A stretch of DNA of 64,000 bases from Candidatus Binatia bacterium (lineage in GTDB: Bacteria; Desulfobacterota; Binatia; UBA9968; CAXXLF01), in contig CAXXLF010000001.1 of assembly GCA_963664015.2 (NCBI GenBank), positions 128,001 through 192,000 of the forward strand. Direction: 5' to 3'. Below are positions 52,846 through 63,030 of the stretch, one piece after another. Position 1 is the first letter of the stretch; every line of letters starts with the position of its first letter. The position numbers were made by a program, and so were the translations under genes. Below the pieces are notes generated by a model. It was not told the DNA's origin and made no database searches. It was given only the letters and a program-made list of their open reading frames with translations.

Positions 52846-53943
52846 TTACCCTCCCCCTTGATCCACGGGTTCCAGGCGAAGGTTCACGCCGTTCTTTTCC
52901 AGCTCTTTGTAGTACTCATCCCTGATGGCAGGGTCTTCCTTGTCATAACGAATTTTGAAATGCAATCCGTGGGGGTCCTTTGATTGGGCGGTATAGGCAG
53001 GATCAAACTTTCTGCCCGTTCCATACCTCAACCCCATCCCCCTAAAGGCCAACATTCGATACTCGCCCTTTCCGCTGTTAAAATGCTGGTGGAATTCATT
53101 GTGTTTAGGTGCCACCACAGCATACGGATTCGCCGGAACTTTTGTCCGATTCTTTTCCTCTCCCGGCATGAATAAGAGTTCGTACCCCTGTCCGCCTATG
53201 ACTATGACATGGGCCCCGGCTCCGTGTCTGTGGGCCGTCACATAAGTTCCTTCTGAAGCGCCCATGACGTGCATGCCGAGAGAGGTACTGGCCATGGAAA
53301 AACGCATAATGGACGTTCGGTTACCCCTTTCAGGATAAGAATCCAGGGCAAAGTTTCTAATGTCAGGAATAAAATTCGTCTCCCACGTCCGCACATTCCA
53401 ATGGGTCCCCTCCTCAGAGAAAAAATTATTCATCCCTGCCGAGTACCTGTCCTTGAAGACATACGGACTATTGAAGACGAAGTCCAGATTATGAAAATGA
53501 TTGATAATGTGTGCCATGTTGGTCCCGAATAGGAACCGACACGGCTCGTCACTGGACGCGTTAAACTCCTGATGCCATGCATTGAGGGGGATGGCGAGAA
53601 GTGCCCCTTCCTCCCACTCGATGGTCTGCTTGGGTTCTCCCTCTTGCCAAATGTTCGTAGCCCCTCTCCCCTTCATCACATACATGATGGCATCGTACAT
53701 GTGATGTTCGGGCCGTAACTCGCCCTTAGGGGGAATTTCAACAATCTGCAGGCTGTTCGTTTCCTGATCGCCCAGCCGGGTGTAGGCCGCCTTGCCTCCT
53801 CTTCTCTCCCACTCGCCCAACTGCAACGTGGACAGATTTTCCAGGGCACTACCTTCGTACATGGGTACGCCCTCTTGCTTGATGAAGTCCTGGTATGAGC
53901 TTCTGACGTACCACTGATCGAATGGAATTTCGGGCTGAGCCAT
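52846..53943 (-). CDS. Bicupin (distant gentisate dioxygenase-like)
   Basis: EHHMYD...PLNAWHQEFN and AHRHGAG...FHQHFN cupin motifs. Confidence 0.82.
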   Translation of the reverse strand: MAQPEIPFDQWYVRSSYQDFIKQEGVPMYEGSALENLSTLQLGEWERRGGKAAYTRLGDQETNSLQIVEIPPKGELRPEHHMYDAIMYVMKGRGATNIWQEGEPKQTIEWEEGALLAIPLNAWHQEFNASSDEPCRFLFGTNMAHIINHFHNLDFVFNSPYVFKDRYSAGMNNFFSEEGTHWNVRTWETNFIPDIRNFALDSYPERGNRTSIMRFSMASTSLGMHVMGASEGTYVTAHRHGAGAHVIVIGGQGYELLFMPGEEKNRTKVPANPYAVVAPKHNEFHQHFNSGKGEYRMLAFRGMGLRYGTGRKFDPAYTAQSKDPHGLHFKIRYDKEDPAIRDEYYKELEKNGVNLRLEPVDQGGG

Positions 53944-54035
53944 AGGAATCGCTTTCGTTATCTCTACATATATTTACCGATTGACTCAATGCCAGATCAG
54001 CTGATTTTGGTACACTACCCTATAGGACAGGCTCC

Positions 54036-54073
54036 AACCCATTTAAACTATTGGAAATGGGTTTCTCTGTCAA
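54036..54073 (-). promoter_or_regulatory. Sigma70 promoter with overlapping palindromic operator for the cupin-ABC operon
   Basis: TTGACA-17 nt-TAGTTT on the minus strand; AACCCATTT-N10-AAATGGGTT inverted repeat flanks the -10 box. Confidence 0.6.
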
Positions 54074-54169
54074 CAGCAAATCAGCACATGTAATGAGGTC
54101 ACTATTTCCTTCTAAATACTCCAGAAATGCGCCATGAAGACTCCCAATCACACAGGAAAGCCTCGGCCC

Positions 54170-55093
54170 CTAGGACCAGTATGCAAATCCGAGCCCTGTC
54201 ACGGCATGGTGGGCGGGAATGTAATCGACAATCGTTGCTTTTCGGTCCCCCATAGCTCCAGCTACAACCAGCCAGTTGCGAATCTCGCCAGTACCGCCCC
54301 GCAGGGTATCCGAATCGAAAGAAAATAGTCCGAGGACTCGTTCCGGTTCGCCGGCGGCCAACGAGTCCAACAGGTAATGGTCCAACGGTCGGTCAATCCA
54401 ACCAGCCCGCGGGCCCATGGGGTCATGGGATAGTCCTCCCGACCCATAGATCGCCACCTTTTCCGGTCGACCTTCGAGCACTTCACGTATGGCACAACCC
54501 AAATCGAAGCAGCGCCTTGCCGAAGGAAGCGGAGGGAAATAACAGTTTAGGAACACTAAGAGCACGGGAATATCAAGATCCGGCATGAGCTTGGGCGCGG
54601 TCCGAGTAAACCCATGAGGGAGACCTCGGTCCGGCTTGCCCATGGCCTTAAGCTCCCGTACACAGGTCAGGTCAAAGCCCCGATCCATGAGGCCTTGCGC
54701 TACAAACTCCGCAAGCTCGGGATGCCCCTTCAACCGGACCCGTTGCACAGGCGCATCTTTGCCCAAAAAGTCAAACCCCATAGAACCCTCGGCTTCGGTT
54801 CCAAGGTGCATCGCCAAACTTGGCATACAGGTCTGCCTATCAAAGACCTCTCCCTGATCATCGGACACCATGATAAGAACCTCGGCGCCGTACCCACTAA
54901 CCTGCCTCTGGAGCTCGGTAAACGCATCCGTGATACGCCTACCGTAGCCCTCGAGGACTTCAGGGGTTTCCAGCAGTGCCTCAGGGGGTTGGGGGATATT
55001 TTCTGTTAACTGGCGGTAGCGGACGGGCCACTTCGCCGGCGGCAGAAACATGTTGGGGGCATGAGACGACGCGAGGCCGAGTCCTATGGGCAT
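54170..55093 (-). CDS. Class III extradiol ring-cleavage dioxygenase (LigB-like)
   Basis: SSHAP, DDQGE, PHGF, GGLSHDP, GEIRNW. Confidence 0.88.
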   Translation of the reverse strand: MPIGLGLASSHAPNMFLPPAKWPVRYRQLTENIPQPPEALLETPEVLEGYGRRITDAFTELQRQVSGYGAEVLIMVSDDQGEVFDRQTCMPSLAMHLGTEAEGSMGFDFLGKDAPVQRVRLKGHPELAEFVAQGLMDRGFDLTCVRELKAMGKPDRGLPHGFTRTAPKLMPDLDIPVLLVFLNCYFPPLPSARRCFDLGCAIREVLEGRPEKVAIYGSGGLSHDPMGPRAGWIDRPLDHYLLDSLAAGEPERVLGLFSFDSDTLRGGTGEIRNWLVVAGAMGDRKATIVDYIPAHHAVTGLGFAYWS

Positions 55094-55134
55094 TCGATGA
55101 ACTCACTCATCATGCTGGATTACTAGAGATCGAC

Positions 55135-55521
55135 TTACCGGGAAGCAATGACATCCATCTGGATAACCGTATTACCGGTCAGATGTTCCGCCTTGATCAC
55201 GTGACGGGCCGGTCGATCATTCTCGTTGGGAAACATATTCAACCACTCCACATTGACAAATTCCCGGAACTTCATATCCTGAAGATAGAAAATGATCTTA
55301 CCGATTCCGTCGGTGGTTCCACCGGCGGACTCAACAATCTCCTTCATATTCAGGAACGCCTGTTTCACCTGCTTTTGCGGATCCGGTGAAGTTGACCCAG
55401 ATTTGGAATTCATGCCGCCGATAACCGATGGCAGAATCAGGTCTCCGAGAGTCACGCAAACAGGGATCGGGTTCCTGTGTCCCGGATGATCTTTAACTTC
55501 AACTACCTTTCTCCTTGCCAT
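55135..55521 (-). CDS. RidA/YjgF family protein
   Basis: HRNPIP, AGGTTD, NVEWLNMFP...RPARH. Confidence 0.85.
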   Translation of the reverse strand: MARRKVVEVKDHPGHRNPIPVCVTLGDLILPSVIGGMNSKSGSTSPDPQKQVKQAFLNMKEIVESAGGTTDGIGKIIFYLQDMKFREFVNVEWLNMFPNENDRPARHVIKAEHLTGNTVIQMDVIASR

Positions 55522-55566
55522 AAGAACTCCTCAAAGTAACATTTTTCCCGTCATCCCCTTCATTTT

Positions 55567-56437
55567 CTACGCCGTGCTAGGCATTGAGAAAAAAGTTTAT
55601 GGCGATCTCGTTGAACTTGTCCGGTTGATCGTTCTGGACCTGGATGGCCGGACCCCTCCACGAGATGAAATTCGGTCAGGTTAGGCAAACGCCTTTTTGA
55701 TATTTTCCGCCAATTCAATAGGTGCAAAGCGGTCATTTTTACCCCATACCAATCCAAGGGGGAACGTCACCTTGGGCAAAACGCTGGCTGATATCGAAAT
55801 ACTGATGGAGATTGGGATCCGATTTGATCCGCCTGCTGTGACTTCGATAGGATTTCTGAGCCTCCACGGCACCCGGAAGATTCCCGTATTCAACTCTCCG
55901 CTTGACTAATTGATCGGTAATTCGTTCTTTATTGTTGATCAGCATACCGAGCCAGTCGCGCATGGTCTGTTCATTGACGACATCCCCCACGACTGATCTC
56001 ACTTTTGTACCCTCCTGGCTCACCTGGCCAACACCCAGGGCAGTAGCTACAGTCGCCGTTGCGACCATTAAAACTTTTTTAATGTTTTCTGGATTGTCCA
56101 TGGCATAGCGCAACGCAATGTAGGACCCCATGGAGTTGCCACCCATACGCACCTTTTCCAAACCGAGTGTGTCGATCAGGCCAGCTACGTGAGCTACCTT
56201 CGCCTGGTAGGAATACTCGATGGCTGGCTTGTCGGTCAGGCCGTAACCGATCAGATCGATAGCAAAGACGTGAAAATGTTTGGCCAATGCGGGGATGTTA
56301 TTGGACCAATTGTGCTCCCCACAAGCTCCCGGGCCTCCCCCATGAACCAAGACCACCGGTTCTCCATCCCCGGCTTCCACAAAGTGAGTTTTCATCCCGT
56401 TGTATTTTACGAACCACGACCGATAGGGTACCGACAT
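55567..56437 (-). CDS. Alpha/beta hydrolase (meta-cleavage product hydrolase-like) with three +1 frameshifts in its 3' end
   Basis: HGGGPG and GNSMG nucleophile elbow. WGKNDRF and GH-QVQNDQPDKFN are recovered by removing single bases at about 55780, 55693 and 55643. Confidence 0.85.
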
Positions 56438-56507
56438 ATTAGGCTCCTCCTACAAAATAATTAAGTGTATGACCTCATAGCAATTCCCCGATACACCTGC
56501 AACCGAA

Positions 56508-58136
56508 TCAATCTTCATCGGGTTTTGCCAGCACAGGCCGGCGACTCAGTAAAAGCCGGGCGGCCTCGTCCTCTTTCCCCTGTTCGGTCAGGCGGACCAG
56601 GGAATCGTCCTCCTCACGCCAGAAGCCCAACGAGACACCGTGCCAGGGCTCTTTCGGTTTTAGGGGCGGCAATTTAAATTTTTCCCAGAGCTCACGTGCA
56701 TGTTCCATGTACTCTCTTTTAGGTAAAGAAATTGGAGCATTGGGCCACTTTCTGGTCGCATCCATTAACATAATGGAGGCTCCCTGAGGACCCGTCATGG
56801 ATGCCGGATACCCGCGGCCTGAAGCCGGCATATCCCGAGGAGCTACCGATTCGTCTAGACCTGCACTTCTCCCTTGCATAACCTTCATATCCCGATGAGG
56901 CTGATAACGGTTACAGACAGCCCAAAATACCGATTCCAGGTCCCACGGATCGATATCCTCATCTACCGCAATCACGATTTTTGGCCAGCTCGAATCCACT
57001 GACATGACCGTGTATAGGGCTTGCCAAACCTCAGCATTGCGCACTGGTTCCATATCGATGTTACGAAAACGAATGACACAGAGGTGTCGAGCACTTCCAC
57101 AATGATGAAACGCTACGTCTTTGATATGGGGGATTCCATGAGCCTTTAACAAGCCCAGCACCCGGCCTTCACAGTTCACGCTCCGCATGAGGCTCGATTC
57201 ACTGGGCGGGAATTGGCAAATCACGTCGTGCCAAATAGGATCCTTTCTATGGGTGATGCACTTAACGTGGAAGGCGTGGACAATTCCCCCGGGCATCACA
57301 TGGCCTCGGTTTTCCCCACTGGGACCATCGAAGTCCATCAGGTCGGTAGGGATCTCCCCCTCGATCACGATTTCCGCCGTAGCCGGAACTTCCAGGTTAA
57401 CCGTCTCACAGGGAACGACATCAATGGGTTGGCCGATCAGACCACCGGCGACATCGAGTTCGTACGTTCCATGAGGAACATCCATAGCTGTAGCCAGGGT
57501 CACCACGGGGACCGCTCCAATGACCAGCGCCACCTCCAGCGGTTTCCCCATCCGGCGACACTTGTTCCAATGAAGCCGTAGATGACGTGAAGTACGAATA
57601 TTGGCTCGCTGGGGACCCAGGACCAGGCTATTGTACATACCTGCGTTCAATGCGCCTGTTTCCGGATCTCGGGTGATAAATCCTCCGGCTGTGATACGGG
57701 GGAACGCCTCCCAACCGTTGGTTGCAATCGGAACCGGGAACTCCCTGATACCGTCATGTTCTAAAAGGTCCTCCCCCTTGTGAATCTCCTCCTTGACCGG
57801 ACCCGTCGTTACCGTCCGTGTGGGGACCGGATGATTGATGGCTTGGGCCCACCGATCGTGAACCTCGTTCAAAGGACAACCCATAGCCAGTGCGTAAATC
57901 TCTCGATTGGGAGTAATCACGGAAGATGCGACCTTACCCCTGTAACGCCTTCCTTTTTGGTCAGTCACCTGGTCGAACAGGAAACCGAACCGTTCGGTTT
58001 CATCCAAGCCACGGTACTGCCATCGAACCAGCGGATGTAGCTCCCGGTCCTTGTCTACGGGATCTGATATGGACCGTAGCTTGCCTATTCCCTCAAGCTT
58101 TTTAAGGTATTCTCGAAAATCCCGGTAATAACTCAT
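56508..58136 (-). CDS. UbiD-family protein, divergent long form
   Basis: YYRDFREYL, LNAGMYN, EIVIEG, DGPSGENRGH, AVDEDIDPWD. Confidence 0.85.
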   Translation of the reverse strand: MSYYRDFREYLKKLEGIGKLRSISDPVDKDRELHPLVRWQYRGLDETERFGFLFDQVTDQKGRRYRGKVASSVITPNREIYALAMGCPLNEVHDRWAQAINHPVPTRTVTTGPVKEEIHKGEDLLEHDGIREFPVPIATNGWEAFPRITAGGFITRDPETGALNAGMYNSLVLGPQRANIRTSRHLRLHWNKCRRMGKPLEVALVIGAVPVVTLATAMDVPHGTYELDVAGGLIGQPIDVVPCETVNLEVPATAEIVIEGEIPTDLMDFDGPSGENRGHVMPGGIVHAFHVKCITHRKDPIWHDVICQFPPSESSLMRSVNCEGRVLGLLKAHGIPHIKDVAFHHCGSARHLCVIRFRNIDMEPVRNAEVWQALYTVMSVDSSWPKIVIAVDEDIDPWDLESVFWAVCNRYQPHRDMKVMQGRSAGLDESVAPRDMPASGRGYPASMTGPQGASIMLMDATRKWPNAPISLPKREYMEHARELWEKFKLPPLKPKEPWHGVSLGFWREEDDSLVRLTEQGKEDEAARLLLSRRPVLAKPDED

Positions 58137-58462
58137 TTTACTCCTCCCAGCGGTGTGCCCCGGTCTCAATTCAAGTTACGAGATAGGTCCTGCCACCCTA
58201 CTCGTCTCAGAAACACGCCGTAGCACTCAACCGCTGCCGCCTTCAGGATGTCGCATTAATCGCCGCGAATTGTCAAGTCGGCGTAGGGCCCTACCCTCTC
58301 CAATTTGTAGTCCTTTACCAAGGAGTTCTTTGGTCAATACCGATTGTGCCTATCCGACCCATTCTTCAATGCTCGCCTGCCTCTTGAAGGGAAACCTATT
58401 GACTAAAATCCAGGACGGTGATAGAAGACCGACGTTACTTCACGCAAATGGAGGAGATCCCC

Positions 58463-58846
58463 ATGAGTATTGAATTCGCCGATTTAAATGACCTGGCCCA
58501 AAACGAGAAACGTCGCAAGGTACTGATTAATACTTCACGTTTACATGCCTGGTTCCACTACTACCCCAATCCCGGTGATAAGGACGACATGCACTGCCAC
58601 AATCAGGATCAGACCTTCTATGTAATTGACGGGGAGTGCACGATGCATTTTCCCGACGGCAGTAAAAAGGCCCTTAACCCCAACATGACAGCCATGATTA
58701 CCGGAGGGTCCTTTTACCAGCTCGAAAACACGGGGACCGGGCCCATGGTAATGATGGGGAATCGATCGGGCAGCGTTGAAGACACGCAGACCATCGACTA
58801 CCAGACCCGGAAGCCTATTGAACCGAGGGTTCGTTCTCGAGGATAA
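58463..58846 (+). CDS. Small cupin-domain protein
   Basis: GGAGGAG RBS; MHCHNQDQTFYVIDG cupin motif 1. Confidence 0.8.
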   Translation: MSIEFADLNDLAQNEKRRKVLINTSRLHAWFHYYPNPGDKDDMHCHNQDQTFYVIDGECTMHFPDGSKKALNPNMTAMITGGSFYQLENTGTGPMVMMGNRSGSVEDTQTIDYQTRKPIEPRVRSRG

Positions 58847-59152
58847 GCGGCTCCCCCATAACTAACCCAACTGTCAACGACCGGTCTTCAGCATCGGGAT
58901 TCCATCCGGAGGCACGGGATATACCGAAAGGAACCTACCTGCCCCCCTCCATACTCTCCCATCATGGGCTGTGGGGATGCGATTTGCATCTTTCCTTTTT
59001 CCAGCATCGCAGTAGACCATGGGCGTAGCCCATTGTGGAATGCGACGGTCGCACCCTCGGAGGCTCAACGAGCGAAGGAGGTTGCTTCGACGGATTCCGC
59101 CGAAGAAATGATGGATATCACGGGCGTGTGCCCGTGGAGGCTTCATTCACTT

Positions 59153-60475
59153 TTAATCTCCCTGCCGCTCCGAATTTGGTACGTTCAAGCCGCGAAGATT
59201 TCGGAACGTCAAGAAGACAAAACCAATCATAATCGAGGCTCCTAAAATGACTGCCGAAGGAGCACCTGCCACACGACCCAGGATCCCTGAAAGATAGGTA
59301 CGCGTTAAGTTCGCTACCGTTCCCATCTGCATCTGTCCCAAGGGAAAGACGACCCCATAGTTCATTCCCCATATAGCCATCATCCTGCCCCGGAATTTGT
59401 CCGGCACCTGCATTTGGACAGTACTCTGCGAACAAACCATGAACAGGGCATGACAAAAACCCGCTAGGAACTGCAAGACCATAGAGATGGATATGGTACT
59501 CGAAAGCGCAAAAAGTACGACACACAATGCTTGTACGGCCGCAGTACCCATAATCAATGCCCCTCGCCCACGGAAACTTCCCAGATGAGCCGCGATCAAA
59601 GCTCCCAGCAGGCTCCCTATACCTCCCGCGGCATGAAGCGACCCGAGCAGGGAGGCCTCCCCATGAAGGATTTCACTGACAAACACGGGCATCAGTGTCA
59701 CATGGGTCACAACAAAAAACACAGTCATGAAATTTAATAACGTTAGGAATTTGAACACTTTATGTTCCCAAACGAATCGGACTCCTTCGGCCACCTCACG
59801 GAGAATGTTACGCCCTCCTGAACGTTCAAAGGCCGGGACACGCAATAGCGACAGGAACCAACCGAATAAAATAAACCCCAGCGCTGCGATAAAGAACGCC
59901 GCCCCCACGCCCACCCCCGGCGACTGGGCAGCAGATCCAACCCGATCTATGATGAATCCCGCTAGCGCTGGGCCGACAATCCGCGTCGCTGGCCAGATGG
60001 TAGAACTGAGGGACACAGCCCGCATCATTTCACTACGGTCCACCAGATGCGGGAAAAGCGCCTGGCGCCCGGGCTGATCAAATGCCTGAATCACGCCGAA
60101 TACAAAAGCGGCGGCAAAAATATGCCACACTTGGACGAGCCCTGTAACGGAAAGTACGGCGAGCACCAACAAGATGAAAGCGGCCACCGATTCGAGCAAC
60201 ATGAGAAGCCGTCGCAATTCCGACTTGTCGGCTATGGCGCCACCCAATAAGGTCAACGACATCGATGGCACGGCCATACATAGGCCCAAGGCACCCAGAA
60301 GAAGTTCGGTCCCTGTCAACTTCCAGATGAGCCACCCTTGGGCCAAAATAACCATCTGCACTCCTGCAACGGCAGCCAGATGACCGAACCAATAAAGGCG
60401 GAAATCCCGATAACGAAGGACTTCAAAGGCTGGAAGTTTTTTTGCCAGCCATGGTAGAATTCTTGATTGTGACAT
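59153..60475 (-). CDS. MFS transporter (MFS_3/DUF894-like)
   Basis: LRYRDFRLYWFG, GGAIADK..RR, RIVGPALAG, RGRMMA; about 12 TM helices. Confidence 0.9.
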   Translation of the reverse strand: MSQSRILPWLAKKLPAFEVLRYRDFRLYWFGHLAAVAGVQMVILAQGWLIWKLTGTELLLGALGLCMAVPSMSLTLLGGAIADKSELRRLLMLLESVAAFILLVLAVLSVTGLVQVWHIFAAAFVFGVIQAFDQPGRQALFPHLVDRSEMMRAVSLSSTIWPATRIVGPALAGFIIDRVGSAAQSPGVGVGAAFFIAALGFILFGWFLSLLRVPAFERSGGRNILREVAEGVRFVWEHKVFKFLTLLNFMTVFFVVTHVTLMPVFVSEILHGEASLLGSLHAAGGIGSLLGALIAAHLGSFRGRGALIMGTAAVQALCVVLFALSSTISISMVLQFLAGFCHALFMVCSQSTVQMQVPDKFRGRMMAIWGMNYGVVFPLGQMQMGTVANLTRTYLSGILGRVAGAPSAVILGASIMIGFVFLTFRNLRGLNVPNSERQGD

Positions 60476-60656
60476 TGGAAGGAGTTTCAGGGCAAGGAGC
60501 TTCAAATATCCATTAACACAGGGATAAAATGAATGATAGATCGTGTCAGCTAGTTGCTTTCTCCTAGGATTGTTGATTAAAATAAGATTTGGTCGGTATC
60601 CAAATACTGGTTATTGCAGCCTCGGCGGTTGCGTTACCAGACCTATCAGTTGACGT

Positions 60657-60732
60657 GGGGCCGTAGCTCAGCTGGGAGAGCGCTAGAATCGCACTCTAGA
60701 GGTCGTGGGTTCGATCCCCATCGGCTCCACCA
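60657..60732 (+). tRNA. tRNA-Ala(CGC)
   Basis: GGGGCCG/CGGCTCC acceptor stem with G3:U70, CTAGA-ATCGCAC-TCTAG anticodon arm, CCA. Confidence 0.95.
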
Positions 60733-60790
60733 AATTTTTCAATAACCGAGCAGACGGAAGGTAGGTTTTCATAGCGGTACTTCCCTTGAT

Positions 60791-60812
60791 TGTCCGAGTT
60801 CTGTCCGAGTTC
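60791..60812. repeat. Tandem 11-bp direct repeat (possible integrase arm-binding sites)
   Basis: TGTCCGAGTTC TGTCCGAGTTC between the tRNA 3' end and the integrase stop. Confidence 0.55.
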
Positions 60813-60818
60813 TTCTGT

Positions 60819-61355
60819 TTAACCTACTTTTTGCTCTTCAGTCATACTGACAACCGTAAGCTCTGTAGATTGGTTGTCTATGTGGCTCTGGAGGCTTTCA
60901 GATGCCCGTTTCAGATCCGACTCATTCACGATGTTATAGCAGTCAAAGATGCCCCTTGTCTTGTGACCGCTAAGACTCATTGCAACACGCTCGGGGATTC
61001 CACCACGGACCATGTTACGGATCGCTGTCCTTCTCAGGTCATGCACGATGATACCGTTAAGCCCTGCTGCTTCATAGGCCGTCGCCCATGCCTTGCGAAA
61101 ACTCCCTATACCCTTCCCGTTGTGATAGAACACGGAAGGAACACCTAAGGTCCTCTCCCTTTGGGCTCTTACGATCACTTCCAAACTCTCACCGCTAAGG
61201 GGCAATAGCCTACCGTCTTTGTTCTTGGAAATCTCCGACCTGAGCCTTATCACTCTGCCGTTTAGATCCACGTCGCGCCACTCCAGGGCTCTAATCTTAC
61301 TGACTCGCCACCCACTGTAATAAAGAAACGTTACGGGGTCTTTTAAGTGGGAAGG
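60819..61355 (-). pseudogene. Tyrosine recombinase/integrase, catalytic C-terminal fragment only
   Basis: YSGWRVSKIRALEW, SKN, HDLRRT and GHKT...Y catalytic residues; no N-terminal domains; adjacent to tRNA-Ala. Confidence 0.85.
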
Positions 61356-61542
61356 AAAAGGCTATCAATCTTGATCTTCATTCTCACAGGTCCTTGGGAA
61401 TCTTAAAATGTGGACGGGCCCCTCAAAGATTGAGAACATAAGGAATCGCCCCACCGTTCGAGAGTTACTTCGAGCGGCCATGAGGCGATCCCCCAGGAAT
61501 CGACCAGTTGGTTCACTGGCCATCTATGCATAATGCTTAAGT

Positions 61543-62616
61543 TTACTTTCCTTTCTTCCCGCGTCGAACTCCAAGGGTCGTGTTCCACCATTTAGTGGCC
61601 TTCCCAGCGTTGGCTCTGGTCTGCAACTCAATTGGAAGAATCTCAAATTCGAGCCCGATTTCTTTCAATTTCCGACCTGCGACCGTTTTTCCTCGTACCC
61701 TTGGATCCAACGGAGGGGATGCATGGGCATTGGAATAATCGACTACGCCTTGCTCTGACAAAAAATACTCGATGAGCAGTTTAGACGCATTGGGATGGGC
61801 AATCAGGCGAGGCTGGGCGATGCATCGAGTGGAGCCAACCGTCTTTCCCACCCGGACAAAGTCTATGGGGGCCCCCTTCTCTTGGTACTGTATCCCCGAT
61901 CCAAAGAAATTTAGTAGCAGGATGCCATAGGACCCTCCGACCAGGAGCTCATTGGGACCCTTAAAACCACGGCCCACACGAGGCTTACTGTTTCGAATCA
62001 CCTCACCCCAATAGTCAAATGATGCTTCCCAATTCAGCAGCTTGTCCTTCGTCCTCCACAGATAAGCAGACATGAGTGGAAAAGAGGCACCCGAAGAGGA
62101 AATTAAGGCCTGGCCAGGCTTCCACGTCGGCTTTCTCATGTCATCCCAGGATTTCGGCGCCTTGTCCCGCGGCAAAACCTCCGGGTTATAGGTTGGCAGA
62201 AAGAGCACCGCTATGTAGTTCCGCCAATAGTCATGTTTGGGTTGGGAAGGCCAACGATTGACATGCTCGGGCCAATCATACGGAGCCAAGGCATTGGCGG
62301 CCTTCAAGCGAGGGAGCTGTCTTAGACTCGTGATGACGACATCGGCTGATCGTCTGTTGACCTTCGACTCTTCAATTAGCTTGTTTGCCAAAGGTGTGCT
62401 AAAGGAATTCCAAACTTTTACCTTGATCTCAGGGTATTTCTGACGGAAACCCCTTAGGACCGTTTTCTCGTTGCGCAATGCGGTGATCCAAAGGACCACC
62501 TCTCCTTCTTTTTTTGCCTTTTCAATGGTTGCCTGATCGGCGCCCTGGACCATAACAGGCGTCAGGAACAGGCTCAGCGCCGCTCCAATCAAAAATGTGC
62601 TAACTCTTCTTTCCAT
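61543..62616 (-). CDS. ABC solute-binding protein (orphan)
   Basis: Signal peptide, KAKKEGEV, PKSWDDM, AHPNASKLLIEYFLSEQG. Confidence 0.88.
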   Translation of the reverse strand: MERRVSTFLIGAALSLFLTPVMVQGADQATIEKAKKEGEVVLWITALRNEKTVLRGFRQKYPEIKVKVWNSFSTPLANKLIEESKVNRRSADVVITSLRQLPRLKAANALAPYDWPEHVNRWPSQPKHDYWRNYIAVLFLPTYNPEVLPRDKAPKSWDDMRKPTWKPGQALISSSGASFPLMSAYLWRTKDKLLNWEASFDYWGEVIRNSKPRVGRGFKGPNELLVGGSYGILLLNFFGSGIQYQEKGAPIDFVRVGKTVGSTRCIAQPRLIAHPNASKLLIEYFLSEQGVVDYSNAHASPPLDPRVRGKTVAGRKLKEIGLEFEILPIELQTRANAGKATKWWNTTLGVRRGKKGK

Positions 62617-62802
62617 ATTGATCCCCTTTCGTTTTATACGTTTTTAAAGCATCTAATCCAATAACAAACCAAAACTCATTAGATATGCCAGCATAACTAG
62701 TGCAAACACCTGGCAATCTCATCCACATAGGCACGCCGTTTAAATGAACATCGGCGTCAACAATAGCAATACATTTCCTCCTATATCCCCAATCGATTTC
62801 CT

Positions 62803-63030
62803 TTGCAATACATAAAAGTGACCCTGAAACTTGATGATTATTCATCCCGTACTTACGATTTCGTTGAAAGCGGACTGGACGTAGCAGTACGCGCTATTGC
62901 TGTTCGCGATTCAGCAATGATTGCTCGCAAGGTCGGAACCATTAGGTGGATCCTTTGCGTGGCCCCAGGCTATCTGTTCAAGTGTGGTACACCGACAACT
63001 CCAAATGAGCTATCGAAGAACCTAAAAGGC
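62803..63030 (+). pseudogene. LysR substrate-binding domain fragment
   Basis: DFVESGLDVAVR...IARKVG...LCVAPGYL...GTPTTPNEL; no HTH, no C-terminus. Confidence 0.7.
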
